Assembly: GCF_006345805.1 (NCBI RefSeq)
Contig: NC_043000.1
Location: 31,062,001 to 31,126,000 of the forward strand
Reading direction: 5' to 3'
Length of the DNA: 64,000 nt
Origin: Octopus sinensis
Taxonomy: Eukaryota
Part shown: positions 36,210 to 49,355 of the stretch, one piece after another
Numbering within the stretch: the stretch's first letter is position 1
How the letters are laid out: each line of letters starts with the position of its first letter
Notes under the pieces: generated by a model
The model's input: only the letters and a program-made list of their open reading frames with translations
What the model was told of the DNA's origin: nothing
Database searches by the model: none
Made by a program: the position numbers and the translations under genes

Positions 36210-37769
36210 TAGTTATGTCAACAAATTTGACACTTTCCTTCTCGGCATGGTTATATATGTATACAGAAATACACAAGTGCAGAAGATAGTAAACAATGAA
36301 AATAACTTTGTAACAGAAATTATGTTTCTTAATATGACAGGCAGAAAGTAAATAAAAAATTTCAATGGAAAATAGAGTATTGTACAGGCTGAAGCGAAAT
36401 TTGTGACTCAGTGAACCAAAGAGCCAGAAACCGTTAACAACAGAAAATCACAAAATTGTATGGATTGAAGTGAAATTTATGAAGATACTTCTGTCAGTAA
36501 ATTATGAAATTATTTACATCAGTAATTGTGAACTTCTTTCTGTCAGTAATTTGTCATTGTTTGTTTGTAAATAACAATTGAAAACAATAACATGGAAGTT
36601 AAACAATGGCATATGAAAATTGAAAGTGAAAAGAATAGCATCTGAAAAATGAAAGTGAAAACAAGAGATATAGAGAGAGAGATGGATAGAGAGATATACA
36701 TAAAGAGATATGTTATGTCACTGACGCTGAAAACCCGGAAGTAAATATTTTGAAAACTTTCAAAAGACATGAATCTAATATAAAAAGCAATATTTTTTTA
36801 ACTTTTAATAATTTTAAATAAAAAAATCAAACGAACAGCCTATAATTTGTCCAAAGTCAAATTATTCATGCTTCGCAAGTATGGAAGCAATTGGTGAAGC
36901 TGTTTTCGCACAAAAAGTGAATATGCACACATCTCTATTTTATATATTATTAGATAATGATAATAATGAGGGTCACCTCCCACATCACCATTTAGGATTA
37001 TAGTAGAAAACACTTGCCCACGGTACTGTGTGCAGTGGGACTGGGCCTTAGACTGCATTGTTGGGAAGCAAGCTTCTCAACCATATACCCATACCAGCTC
37101 TTATATATATCCATTATATATTTCTAGAATTTAGATATAACACGCTTTCAGTATCAGCCGGTATTTCTCTTTTTTAGCCATTGTCTGAGAAACTGTGATG
37201 ACCATTTTTAAAGAAATCTCTTTTCTCTCAATGAATGAGCAATGTACGTTATACTGAAGTGACTTTAACAACTTGGTAAATGATTATACTTGAAGAATGG
37301 ACACAGTTTTTTCTAATTTTCTATAGTGCTTTCTAAATCTTTCAACAAAATGTTGTTATTTGGTTTCTTTGTTGTTGTTGTTACTTATAATTCTATTGTA
37401 GTCTTTTATGAATTAGCTGCCACAGTTGTAATTTGCTTTTGCTGAAAATACCGTTTTTGTGTTATTTCAACTTTTGGAATATAAAATGTTGATTAAATAT
37501 TATTGTCTATAGTAGACTTGACTATCATGTTTAAATGAAATAATGGCGGAATACTTAAAAGGAAAAGAAAAAAAAGCATTTATTTTACTTCATCTGATTG
37601 TTGCCATGTGGATGTTGGGTATGATGGAGGAGTAAACACTCAGGATATCAAAAAAAAATGTCAGCATTTACCCTTGTCTCCTTCTCTTCTCTCCTACTCC
37701 AAACAGGGTAGCCATGTGTCTCTTCTATAGCAATATACGTGTTTCTCTCCATGTATTGAATTTTACTGC

Positions 37770-38680
37770 CTCAATACTGACTGGTTTCCGTGCCAGTGGC
37801 ACCTAAAAAGAACCACCCGTATGTGGCCGATGCCAGTACCACCTTGACTGGCTTCCGTGCTGGTGGCACGTAAAAAGCACCCTCTACACACTCAGAGTGG
37901 TTGGCGTTAGAAAGGGCATCCAGCTGTAGAAACACTGCCAGACCAGACTGGAGCCTGGTGCAGCCTCCTGGTTTTCCAGACCCCGGTCGAACATCCAACC
38001 CATGCTAGCATGGAAAACGGACGTTAAACGATGATGATGATGATGATGATGAATACTGGTATAGAGTCACTTCTTTCAATACTACTCCCTCCCCTCAGTT
38101 AAAGGATCTTTGTTTTGCAAGGTACTTGATGACCTCACTGGTGTTGGTGCAATGTAAAAACACACCCAGTACACTCTATTAAATGGTTGGCGTAGGCATC
38201 CAGCTGTAGAAACCATGTCGAAGTAGATAGTGAAGCTTGGTACAATCTTTTGGCTTGTCGGTTCCTGTTGAATGGTCTAACTCATGTCATCATGGGAAAT
38301 TGATATTAAATCATCATCATCATCATTGTTTAACGTCTGTTTTCCATGCTGGGAAGCAAGGAGGCTGCACCAGGCCCAGTCTGATCTGGCAGTGTTTCTA
38401 CAGCTGGATGCCCTTCCTAACTCCAACCACTCCGTGAGTGTAGTGGGTGCTTTTTAAGTGCCACCGGCACAGGTGCCAGGGGAGGCTGGCAACAGTCACG
38501 ATCGGTTGGTGCTTTTTACGTGCCACCAGCACGGAAGCCAATCAAGGTGGTGCTGGCATCAATCACGTACGGATGGTGCTTTTTACGTGCCAGGGTAGGC
38601 TGGCAACGGCTACGATCGGTTGGTGGTTTTTATGTGCCACCAACATAGAAGCCAGCCAAGGCGGCGCTGGCATTGGCCAA
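37770..38680. mobile_element. cluster of RTE 3'UTR copies (+ 37770-38052, older + ~38140-38320, - ~38310-38680)
   Basis: Terminal blocks with GAT/CAT tails. Confidence 0.8.
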
Positions 38681-39335
38681 TGATGATGATTTTCTGTTGA
38701 ATTAATTTTTTTCATTTCATTTTGAAAATAATGAAGAATTCATATATATAACATTAAGCTGATATTTGGAATATAACAATTTTGATAAATTTTAATTTAG
38801 ATTACTTTTAAACAGGGAATTTGTATCTTAGAATCTGGGAGACATCTCAGATAAGTTGATATCAAGGAATTACAACCGTGTTTCTTGGTCTGCTACCACA
38901 ACAGCTCCCTTATAGGATCCAGTTAGCTCAAGACATCATCAGGAGGAACCACGTCTAGTTTCGGCCCCATCTCTTCTATATGTTTTGACGTGGCGGGACC
39001 CCCCCTTTTGGAGGTTTCGTCAGTTCTGGTGTTGAGTGCATGTCTTCTTTCTTCTTCTTTCTTCTGTCTAGCAATAATTCCAAACATGATTTTCCCGTTA
39101 TTAAAGAATTAATGGGGATATTGAAATCAGTCTTGAGTAAAGATACTGCTTTAATCCTTTCAGTGTGAATCTGACTGACACTGACCCTGGTTCTGTGATA
39201 CAAACTTCCTGTTTAAAGGGATCTCAATCAAAACTGTTCATCATAATTTCATGTTAGTTTAGGTTCCAAATATCAGCTTAAAAACAGCAAAATTATTTTA
39301 CTAAATTCTTTATTTTCAAACTTAATCGATTTGTA

Positions 39336-39726
39336 GGATCTTTACCTTTTGACTGGCAGATTTAGAAAATAATCTTTTATAACTAAACACTTTCAAACTT
39401 CGAACACTGGTAGAATGTGTCATATAAAACATCTTTTACTCTTAGCATTTTTGAGAAAAACTTATATTTATGAAGCTATTTCACATTAATGTTGTTTTAT
39501 TTCGGTAATTTCAACCAATCAATGATGTGTATTCATCTGAATAAAATTACTGCTGTTTTTTCGTCAACAACTATCGGCAGCGTATATTTTGTTTCTCAAA
39601 AATGCTAAGAATAAAAGATGCTTTATATGACACATTCTACCAGTGTCCGAAATTTGAAAGTGTTTAGTTACAAAAAGTAATTTTCTAAATCTGCCAGTCA
39701 AAAGTTAGTTAGTTAGTTAAAGATCC
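39336..39726. mobile_element. MITE with ~115-bp TIRs
   Basis: GGATCTTTA..TTTTGACTGGCAGATTTAGAAAA ... TTTTCTAAATCTGCCAGTCAAAA..TAAAGATCC. Superfamily not assignable. Confidence 0.8.
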
Positions 39727-39981
39727 AATTTGTGTATGGTCTCAATAGGTTTCATTAGAGAATACTACCTTCCTGTTTAATGTCCAATCACAGTTCTTGT
39801 TCCAAATATATTTTACCATTTCTTTCAAAGCTATATTTCTCTTGAGATAACAGTGTTATTGTCTGTAGTTTAAAGTTTTGTTTGATCCAAAGAAGTATCA
39901 AAAATCATTTCTGTTACATAGCAATTACAAATATCTTGAAATCCCAAATGTTTCTCTAATTCTCAATGTTTGACTTTTCAG

Positions 39982-40071
39982 CCTCTTCCAAAATATGGCC
40001 GACCACTATATTGTTTCTTCATGAGTGGATTAGTTCTGTGTATTACTGGTATCAAACGCAAAGAGAAAATG
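39982..40071 (+). CDS. ECT2: ECT2 coding exon c (BRCT0/BRCT1 linker and beta-1 of BRCT1)
   Basis: ttttcag|CCT...ATG|gtgagt, 90 nt, phase 0-0. Encodes PLPKYGRPLYCFFMSGLVLCITGIKRKEKM versus human PLPFSCRPLYCTSMMNLVLCFTGFRKKEEL. Confidence 0.92.
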
Positions 40072-40663
40072 GTGAGTTGAACATTGTTTATCTTTCACTC
40101 TTTGTTTTAATCATTGGATTGCGGCCATGCTGGGGCATCTTCTTGAAGGATTTTAGTCAACCAAATTGACTCCAGTGCTTATTTTTTAAAGCCTGATACT
40201 TACTATATTGGTCTCTTTTGCTGAACTGCTAAGTTACAAAGATGTAAACACACAAACTCTGATATTCAAGCGATGGTGGGGGACAAACACAGATATAAAG
40301 ACACACACATTATACATACATACACACACACACACACATACATAACCCTTCAATAATTGGACAATAAACCACGCTTGCAAAGACCTGTTGAGGCAAGTGA
40401 AATTGTTGTCGTGACTGGTGACAGTACTGCCTGATTGGTTCCCATGCCAGTGGAACGTTAAAAGCACCATTCGAGTGTAATCTTTGCTAGGGCTGCTGAC
40501 TGGTTCCCATGCTGGTGGAACATAAAAAGCACCATTTGAGTGTGATTGTTGCTAGTGTCGCCTGACTGGCTCCTGTGCTGGTGGCACGTAAAAAACACCA
40601 TTTGAGTATGGTCGTTGCTAGTGCCGCTGGACTGGCTCCTTTGCAGGTGACACATAAAAAGCC

Positions 40664-41080
40664 TGTAACGAGAAAGGATCTATTATCGAAGCACTGGAAG
40701 GGTGTCGATATCCGATCTAGCCACATATAAAATTCTAGAAAACAATACAGACGAACTCAGGTTAAAAGGGTGAACACACAGTAGTTTGGTTTATTGATCT
40801 CGATGTAGTACGTTGTCTGGTGGGAGAAAGACAGCCTCTGATATACTGCTTCGTGTTAGTCGTTGAAGTTGGTTGAAGTTGGTTGCTGGTCGTGTGGCTG
40901 TCAGAGCCCGGAATTCGTGACCGATTGCAATGCTGTCTTAGCCGAAGAGGGAGATTTGAGCTTCGCGGGCTCGAGGGAACGTTTTCCCGCACATGCGCAT
41001 GGGGAAGACTTCCGGTGGCCATCCGGAAGTAGTCCCATTCTGCGCATGCGTGCCGAACCCTACACAGTAGCATCACTACA
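40664..41080 (-). repeat. 3' LTR (417 bp)
   Basis: Plus strand TGTAACGAGA...CATCACTACA. Minus-strand AATAAA at ~40790. PPT adjacent at 41081-41093. Confidence 0.96.
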
Positions 41081-41211
41081 GGGCTCCCCTCCGAGTGCGA
41101 AGTACGGCAACAAGAAAATTTGTGGTGGTGCTGCAGAAAACAGAAGGCTTGCCGATCCCCCAGAAGACTTGGTGCATAATATCATACAACAAGAAAAATT
41201 TTGAAAGAAAG

Positions 41212-44200
41212 TTAAATGTAGATTGTCTTTGAAAGTTTCTTGGGCCAATGCACTGTTCTGCCCGATTTTGTAACATACGGTGTGCTCGGGGCACCCGTTG
41301 ACGGCGAGGGTGGTGTTGTAGGAGCCGGTGAAGGCAAAGGCGTCTGTGCAGGTGAAGGTGTTTGTGCAGGTGAAGGCGTTTGTGCAGGTGAAAGTGTTGT
41401 TAAAGGTGCATAGGTGGGTGTGTCAAGGTTGTCATCAAAAGATGAAGACGTCTCAAAATGTGCCTTTTTTAAACGGTCCACGGAAACGGTCTCTGAACGA
41501 CCATTTATCTCAATCGTGAAAACCTTTGGTGTGCGAGAAAGCACACGAAAAGGTCCTTTGTAGGGAGAAACAAGTGGGCCCTTCACAGAGTCGTCCCGAA
41601 AACATGCGACCAGGTGTTCATATCCGGTGGAAGATGGGGCGGTGGAGATTGCTTTCTGGGAACCATGGGTGGAAGGTTCGAAAAATATGCCCGCAGTCTG
41701 GTGACATAGGTCGCCGGATCATGGGGCTGGGAAGTGTCTGGCACCAACATCGTACCAGGCAATGCCAGTGTGGTACCATACAGCAGCTCTGCAGCAGAAA
41801 ACCCCAGGTCTGCCTTGACAGCAGTCCGACAGCCGAGAAGTACAATGGGCAAAAATTCAATCCAGGACTGTGGGTCTGAAGAGGCACGAAGAGCGGCCTT
41901 GAGCTGTCTATGGAACCGCTCAACCAATCCATTAGACGCTGGATGGTAGCTTGTGGTGTGGATATGGTGCATACCCAAAATTCGCGACAATTCGCGAAAT
42001 AGCGAGGCCTCAAACTGACGTCCACGATCAGTTGTCAATCGGGACGGGACTCCGAAGCGAGAAATCCAGTTTGAAACGAAAGCTCGCGCAACAGTCTCAG
42101 CAGAAATGTCTGCTATCGGAATGGCTTCTGGCCAGCGGGAGAAGCGATCGACACAAGTTAATAGATAAGAGAACCCGCAACTCACAGGCCATGGTCCAAC
42201 CAGATCGATGTGGACATGGCGAAAACGGGCCTCCGTGGGGGGAAATTTTCCAAGTGGGGCACGAATGTGCCGTTGAATCTTGGATCGTTGACACTTGGAG
42301 CAGGTGCGTGTCCAAGAAGTAATAGTGCGACGCATATTCGGCCAGAAAAACCGAGCAGTGATTAGTTTAAGGGTGGCAGCGATGCCAGGATGTGATAAGG
42401 AGTGCAGTGCTTCAAACACTGAGCGTTGATGGTTCTCAGGCACCAGTGGCCTGGGAGAACCAGTGGAAGTGTCACAAAGAATGGTGCCTTCAGCTGACGG
42501 AAGCGGAAGGTAGGAAAACTGGCAACAGGAGAACTTGGGAGAAGTTAAATCTAACGACGCCAAAGGTGGCTGCTCCTGCGATATGGCAGCTAAGTCGATT
42601 GCAGCAGGAGACGAAAGGGTGGAAGGCGAGAGTGAGCGTCAGCAGGAACGTTCTCTTTTCCAGGTATGTGTCGAATGTTGCTAGTGAATTGAGAGATAAA
42701 ATCCAGGTGCCGAAAAGCACGGGGTGAGAGTTTGTCCGTTTTTTGAAAACAGGGCAAACGTAAGGGGCTTGTGATCCGTATAGATCACAAAATCTCGCCC
42801 TTCAAGTTGATGCTGGAAATGACGAACCGATAGATAGATCGCTAGGAGCTCACGATCAAAGGTGCTGTATCGTTGTTCAGCTGGTTGCAGTTGACGGGAA
42901 AAGAAGGCTAGAGGTCGAACATGATCATCCACTGTGTGTTGTAACACAGCGCCAATCGCAGTGTCCGATGCGTCCACAGTCAAAGAGAGAGAAGCACCAG
43001 GAACTGGATGTGCAAGCAAAGAAACAGAAGCCAGCTCCTTCTTAATGGACTCAAAGGCTGTCACTGCCTCAACAGAGAGGGTGACTTGACTGTCCTTTCT
43101 AGGAGAGTCCTTTAACAGCCTGGTGAGAGGTAGCAGCTTATCTGCACAACCGGGAATGAAACGTCGGTAGAAATTGATCATCCCTAGATAATGCCTGAGC
43201 TGGCGCAAGGAAGTGGGGGGTGCGATGCGTTGAATGGCATCGACTTTTGACGAGAGGGGGCTGATTCCAGTTGAATCAATATGATGCCCTAGAAAATCTA
43301 GGGAAGAGCGTCCGAAAACACACTTGTCGGGATTTATGCGTATACTATACGCGCGAAGACGCTGGAAGAGTTGAGAAAGGTGCCGGAGATGATTTTTCGT
43401 GTGTCGCTCGCAATGAGTATGTCATCGACATAGGCAAACACAAAATCAAGACCGCGGACAACCTCATCAATGAAACGCTGGAAGGTGCTAGTAGCATTCC
43501 GCAACCCGAAACTCATGTACAAAAACTCAAAACACCCAACGGGGTAGTGATCGCAGTTTTTGGAACGTCGGCTGGGTTGACCGGTATTTGGTGGTAAGCG
43601 CGTATGAGGTCGACCTTCGAAAAAATGGTACAACCATGGAGATTTGCCGTAAAGTCCTGGAGATTTCTAATCGGATAGCGGTCGGCTATTGTGACGGCAT
43701 TGAGGCGTCGATAGTCTCCAACCGGGCGAAAATCAGACTCGCCTTTCGCGCCAATGAAGGGGAGATGCCCATGGGCTGGTGGAGGGGCGTATAAGGCCAA
43801 GTTGAAGCATGTGCTCAAACTCGGCCATGGCCGTTTTTAGTCGGTCTGGCGCTAGGCGCCGGGGGCGTGAGAATACAGGTGGCCCAGTGGTGGTGATGAA
43901 AAGGAGGGTCGAGTGGGTAGGCTTTTCCGGTTTAAAGGCAATGTCCACTAGCTCCGGAAATGAAACCAAAAGAGAGTGAAAAGGGTCTCCAGAGGTGGCA
44001 ACAAAGAATGTCGGGCTAAGGACCGCAGTGGTGGAACTCCCAGTCGGTGTAGAGAGCGACGTCGTGCTATCAAGAAGCCTCCGACGCCTGACATCCACCA
44101 ATAGATTAAACCTATCCAGGAAATCAGCGCCGAGAATAGGATGTGGGATGTCAGCGATGATGAAAACCCATTGAAAGTCTCGACGAAGGTTGAGGTCGAG

Positions 44201-44464
44201 GCGCAGCGAAATCTGACCGTAAGTGGTTATGGGAGACGAGTCAATAGCATGCAAGACAATCGAAGAGCGCTTGGGCTTGTCTGCAGCCAGACGAAGGGGC
44301 CAGATGCTGCAACAGGAGCCGGTTACCACCATGAAGAATTTCTTCGACACCAGATCTTTTACAAAGAATGCACGATGTTTGGGAAACGAGATGGAAGAAG
44401 GTGACGTGCTCACCTCCTCCGGATTTAGTTTTCCGAGGGCTTGAAAGTGCACGGCTGGGTACAC
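41212..44464 (-). pseudogene. pol: pol of copy 1 (PR-RT-RNaseH-IN), multiple frameshifts
   Basis: YVDD, DASD..IGAVL, RELLA, TDHKPL, HHCC, IDLVGP...TDRG...VERFHR. In the -1 frame relative to gag at G-GAA-AAC-TAA. Confidence 0.93.
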
Positions 44465-45159
44465 CGATCTGCCTTTTCGGCATACTTCGAATGGTACCAG
44501 TACCAGCCGGAACGAGAAACAGAGTCATTCCGACTACGGGAAATAGAGCTACTGCGACTACGACTGCGAGATTGGCGTCCGATCGCACGGCACAGATCAT
44601 CGATTCTCCGCGTAAGCGCATCGATGTTCTCGGCTAGTTTATCGTTCGTCGGAGGGGGCTCTGTACATGCGTACAGGCCCCGCGAAGGAGATGGGCGCGA
44701 AAACTCCAACACCTTGTCGGCCATCGTGGCGATCTGGTCCACAGACACAGAATCCAGTGCCGTGGCCAACATTGTCTGCACGTGGGCAGGCAGCCTCGAA
44801 AAAAATATTTTGCGTAAGAGCAGCGCGTCCGCTGCGTTGCCGCTTAGCTCCCTTAGATGGCGCAGAAACTGGGATGGAGTTCTGTCCCCTAACTGCTCGT
44901 CGGCCATCAGCTCGTTAAACTGACTTTCTTCTGAGCGCGTATTGCGACGGAGGATTTCCGCCTTTACTGACGCATATGTGGCATCAGGGTGGGGACTCAC
45001 AATGAGATCCCTGACCGATGTTGTGAGCCGGGAGGGCAAACTTGAATACAGTAGATGTAACTGCTGTTGTGGAGGAATGGTATGCGCGGCAAAGTGTGAT
45101 TCCACCTGTGCAAACCACAGCCCCGCATACCCCGTGAATGAAGGCAAACCTGAAGCCAT
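44425..45159 (-). CDS. gag: gag of copy 1 (244 aa)
   Basis: MASGLPSF...LWFAQVESHF...LGDRTPSQFLRHL...WYHSKY...RCTQPC; CsRN1-type gag signature. Confidence 0.9.
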   Translation of the reverse strand: MASGLPSFTGYAGLWFAQVESHFAAHTIPPQQQLHLLYSSLPSRLTTSVRDLIVSPHPDATYASVKAEILRRNTRSEESQFNELMADEQLGDRTPSQFLRHLRELSGNAADALLLRKIFFSRLPAHVQTMLATALDSVSVDQIATMADKVLEFSRPSPSRGLYACTEPPPTNDKLAENIDALTRRIDDLCRAIGRQSRSRSRSSSISRSRNDSVSRSGWYWYHSKYAEKADRCTQPCTFKPSEN

Positions 45160-45540
45160 GCCTTTGTCGGAAGGAATCTGTGAGAAGGGGGCAGAGAGTA
45201 TGGTCGAGAAATGGAGAGAGAACACGTGGAACCGACAAAGCAATTCAAAATTGTGTTTGTGTGTGCACCTCGTGGGTAGCAAAAAAAAATAAGTGTGTGT
45301 ACAAGGAAAACAAAATACAGAAAAGGAAAAATGAATGTGTGTGTTTTCTTTTTTTTTCTGTTTGTTTTTTTTTTTTTTGTTTTGTGTACTGAGTGCGATG
45401 AATAAGGTTATTTGACCCACCTCGCCGTGCTGAAAAAGAGAAAAATATGAGAAAAAAAATGAATGTTCAGCGCTCTCCGGCAAAACCTGTTCGCTGTGTC
45501 TTCTATCCTGTTCTTTTTTTTTCAACTTGGAGTCACCAAT

Positions 45541-45947
45541 TGTAACGAGAAAGGATCTATTATCGAAGCACTGGAAGGGTGTCGATATCCGATCTAGCCA
45601 CATATAAAATTCTAGAAAACAATACAGACGAACTCAGGTTAAAAGGGTGAACAGACAGTAGTTTGGTTTATTGATCTCGATGTAGTACGTTGTCTGGTGG
45701 GAGAAAGACAGCCTCTGATATACTGCTTCGTGTTAGTCGTTGAAGTTGGTTGCTGGTCGTGTGGCTGTCAGAGCCCGGAATTCGTGACCGATTGCAATGC
45801 TGTCTTAGCCGAAGAGGGAGATTTGAGCTTCGCGGGCTCGAGGGAACGTTTTCCCGCACATGCGCATGGGGAAGACTTCCGGTGGCCATCCGGAAGTAGT
45901 CCCATTCTGCGCATGCGTGCCGAACCCTACACAGTAGCATCACTACA
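45541..45947 (-). repeat. shared central LTR (407 bp)
   Basis: Lacks one TGAAGTTGGT 10-mer. Has a PBS on one side and a PPT on the other. Confidence 0.96.
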
Positions 45948-46078
45948 GGGCTCCCCTCCGAGTGCGAAGTACGGCAACAAGAAAATTTGTGGTGGTGCTG
46001 CAGAAAACAGAAGGCTTGCCGATCCCCCAGAAGACTTGTTGCATAATATCATACAACAAGAAAAATTTTGAAAGAAAG

Positions 46079-49000
46079 TTAAATGTAGATTGTCTTTGAA
46101 AGTTTCTTGGGCCAATGCACTGTTCTGCCCGATTTTGTAACATACGGTGTGCTCGGGGCACCCGTTGACGGCGAGGGTGGTGTTGTAGGAGCCGGTGAAG
46201 GCAAAGGCGTCTGTGCAGGTGAAGGTGTTTGTGCAGGTGAAGGCGTTTGTGCAGGTGAAAGTGTTGTTAAGGTGCATAGGTGGGTGTGTCAAGGTTGTCA
46301 TCAAAAGATGAAGACGTCTCAAAATGTGCCTTTTTTAAACGGTCCACGGAAACGGTCTCTGAACGACCATTTATCTCAATCGTGAAAACCTTTGGTGTGC
46401 GAGAAAGCACACGAAAAGGTCCTTTGTAGGGAGAAACAAGTGGGCCCTTCACAGAGTTGTCCCGAAAACATGCGACCAGGTGTTCATATCCGGTGGAAGA
46501 TGGGGCGGTGGAGATTGCTTTCTGGGAACCATGGGTGGAAGGTTCGAAAAATATGCCCGCAGTCTGGTGACATAGGTCGCCGGATCATGGGGCTGGGAAG
46601 TGTCTGGCACCAACATCGTACCAGGCAATGCCAGTGTGGTACCATACAGCAGCTCTGCAGCAGAAAACCCCAGGTCTGCCTTGACAGCAGTCCGACAGCC
46701 GAGAAGTACAATGGGCAAAAATTCAATCCAGGACTGTGGGTCTGAAGAGGCACGAAGAGCGGCCTTGAGCTGTCTATGGAACCGCTCAACCAATCCATTA
46801 GACGCTGGATGGTAGCTTGTGTGTGGATATGGTGCATACCCAAAATTCGCGACAATTCGCGAAATAGCGAGGCCTCAAACTGACGTCCACGATCAGTTGT
46901 CAATCGGGACGGGACTCCGAAGCGAGAAATCCAGTTTGAAACGAAAGCTCGCGCAACAGTCTCAGCAGAAATGTCTGCTATCGGAATGGCTTCTGGCCAG
47001 CGGGAGAAGCGATCGACACAAGTTAATAGATAAGAGAACCCGCGACTCACAGGCCATGGTCCAACCAGATCGATGTGGACATGGCGAAAACGGGCCTCCG
47101 TGGGGGGAAATTGTCCAAGCGGGGCACGAATGTGCCGTTGAATCTTGGATCGTTGACACTTGGAGCAGGTGCGTGTCCAAGAAGTAATAGTGCGACGCAT
47201 ATTCGGCCAGAAAAACCGAGCAGTGATTAGTTTAAGGGTGGCAGCGATGCCAGGATGTGATAAGGAGTGCAGTGCTTCAAACACTGAGCGTTGATGGTTC
47301 TCAGGCACCAGTGGCCTGGGAGAACCAGTGGAAGTGTCACAAAGAATGGTGCCTTCAGCTGACGGAAGCAGAAGGTAGGAAAACTGGCAACAGGAGAACT
47401 TGGGAGAAGTTAAATCTAACGACGCCAAAGGTGGCTGCTCCTGCGATATGGCAGCTAAGTCGATAGCAGCTAAGTCGATAGCAGCAGGAGACGAAAGGGC
47501 GCAAACTGGAAGGCGAGAGAGAGCGTCAGCAGGAACGTTCTCTTTTCCAGGTATGTGTCGAATGTTGCTAGTGAATTGAGAGATAAAATCCAGGTGCCGA
47601 AAAGCACGGGGTGAGAGTTTGTCCGTTTTTTTAAAACAGGGCAAACGTAAGGGGCTTGTGATCCGTATAGATCACAAAATCTCGCCCTTCAAGTTGATGC
47701 TGGAAATGACGAACCGATAGATAGATCGCTAGGAGCTCACGATCAAAGGTGCTGTATCGTTGTTCAGCTGGTTGCAGTTGACGGGAAAAGAAGGCTAGAG
47801 GTCGAACATGATCATCCACTGTGTGTTGTAACACAGCGCCAATCGCAGTGTCCGATGCGTCCACAGTCAAAGAGAGAGAAGCACCAGGAACTGGATGTGC
47901 AAGCAAAGAAACAGAAGCCAGCTCCTTCTTAATGGACTCAAAGGCTGTCACTGCCTCAACAGAGAGGGTGACTTGACTGTCCTTTCTAGGAGAGTCCTTT
48001 AACAGCCTGGTGAGAGGTAGCAGCTTATCTGCACAACCGGGAATGAAACGTCGGTAGAAATTGATCATCCCTAGATAATGCCTGAGCTGGCGCAAGGAAG
48101 TGGGGGGTGCGATGCGTTGAATGGCATCGACTTTTGACGAGAGGGGGCTGATTCCAGTTGAATCAATATGATGCCCTAGAAAATCTAGGGAAGAGCGTCC
48201 GAAAACACACTTGTCGGGATTTATGCGTATACTATACGCGCGAAGACGCTGGAAGAGTTGAGAAAGGTGCCGGAGATGATTTTCTCGTGTGTCGCTCGCA
48301 ATGAGTATGTCATCGACATAGGCAAACACAAAATCAAGACCGCGGACAACCTCATCAATGAAACGCTGGAAGGTGCTAGTAGCATTCCGCAACCCGAAAC
48401 TCATGTACAAAAACTCAAAACACCCAAACGGGGTAGTGATCGCAGTTTTTGGAACGTCGGCTGGGTTGACCGGTATTTGGTGGTAAGCGCGTATGAGGTC
48501 GACCTTCGAAAAAATGGTACAACCATGGAGATTTGCCGTAAAGTCCCGGAGATTTCTAATCGGATAGCGGTCGGCTATTGTGACGGCATTGAGGCGTCGA
48601 TAGTCTCCAACCGGGCGAAAATCAGACTCGCCCTTTCGCGCCAAATGAAGGGGAGATGCCCATGGGCTGGTGGAGGGGCGTATAAGGCCAAGTTGAAGCA
48701 TGTGCTCAAACTCGGCCATGGCCGTTTTTAGTCGGTCTGGCGCTAGGCGCCGGGGGCGTGAGAATACAGGTGGCCCAGTGGTGGTGATGAAATGGAGGGT
48801 CGAGTGGGTAGGCTTTTCCGGTTTAAAGGCAATGTCCACTAGCTCCGGAAATGAAACCAAAAGAGAGTGAAAAGGGTCTCCAGAGGTGGCAACAAAGAAT
48901 GTCGGGCTAAGGACCGCAGTGGTGGAACTCCCAGTCGGTGTAGAGAGCGACGTCGTGCTATCAAGAAGCCTCCGACGCCTGACATCCACCAATAGATTAA

Positions 49001-49355
49001 ACCTATCCAGGAAATCAGCGCCGAGAATAGGATGCGGGATGTCAGCGATGACGAAAACCCATTGAAAGTCTCGACGAAGGTTGAGGTCGAGGCGCAGCGA
49101 AATCTGACCGTAAGTGGTTATGGGAGACGAGTCAATAGCATGCAAGACAATCGAAGAGCGCTTGGGCTTGTCTGCAGCCAGACGAAGGGGCCAGATGCTG
49201 CAACAGGAGCCGGTTACCACCATGAAGAATTTCTTCAACACCAGATCTTTTACAAAGAATGCACGATGTTTGGGAAACGAGATGGAAGAAGGTGACGTGC
49301 TCACCTCCTCCGGATTTAGTTTTCCGAGGGCTTGAAAGTGCACGGCTGGGTACAC
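46079..49355 (-). pseudogene. pol: pol of copy 2; 574-aa open PR-RT-RH frame (47631-49355), then stop and frameshifts in IN
   Basis: Same motifs as copy 1; TAA at the RH/IN linker. Confidence 0.93.

Noticed and set aside
38860-39035. Second hammerhead-like motif on the minus strand (CTGACGA..., CTGATGA..., GAAAC)
   Set aside because: The core elements are not in correct order and spacing with a convincing stem II. At best it is a decayed Penelope-type remnant.
45160-45603. N-terminal extension of gag (392-aa ORF starting in the LTR)
   Set aside because: It starts at a non-ATG codon, runs through low-complexity T/A tracts, and is frameshifted in copy 2. The plausible start is the ATG at 45159.
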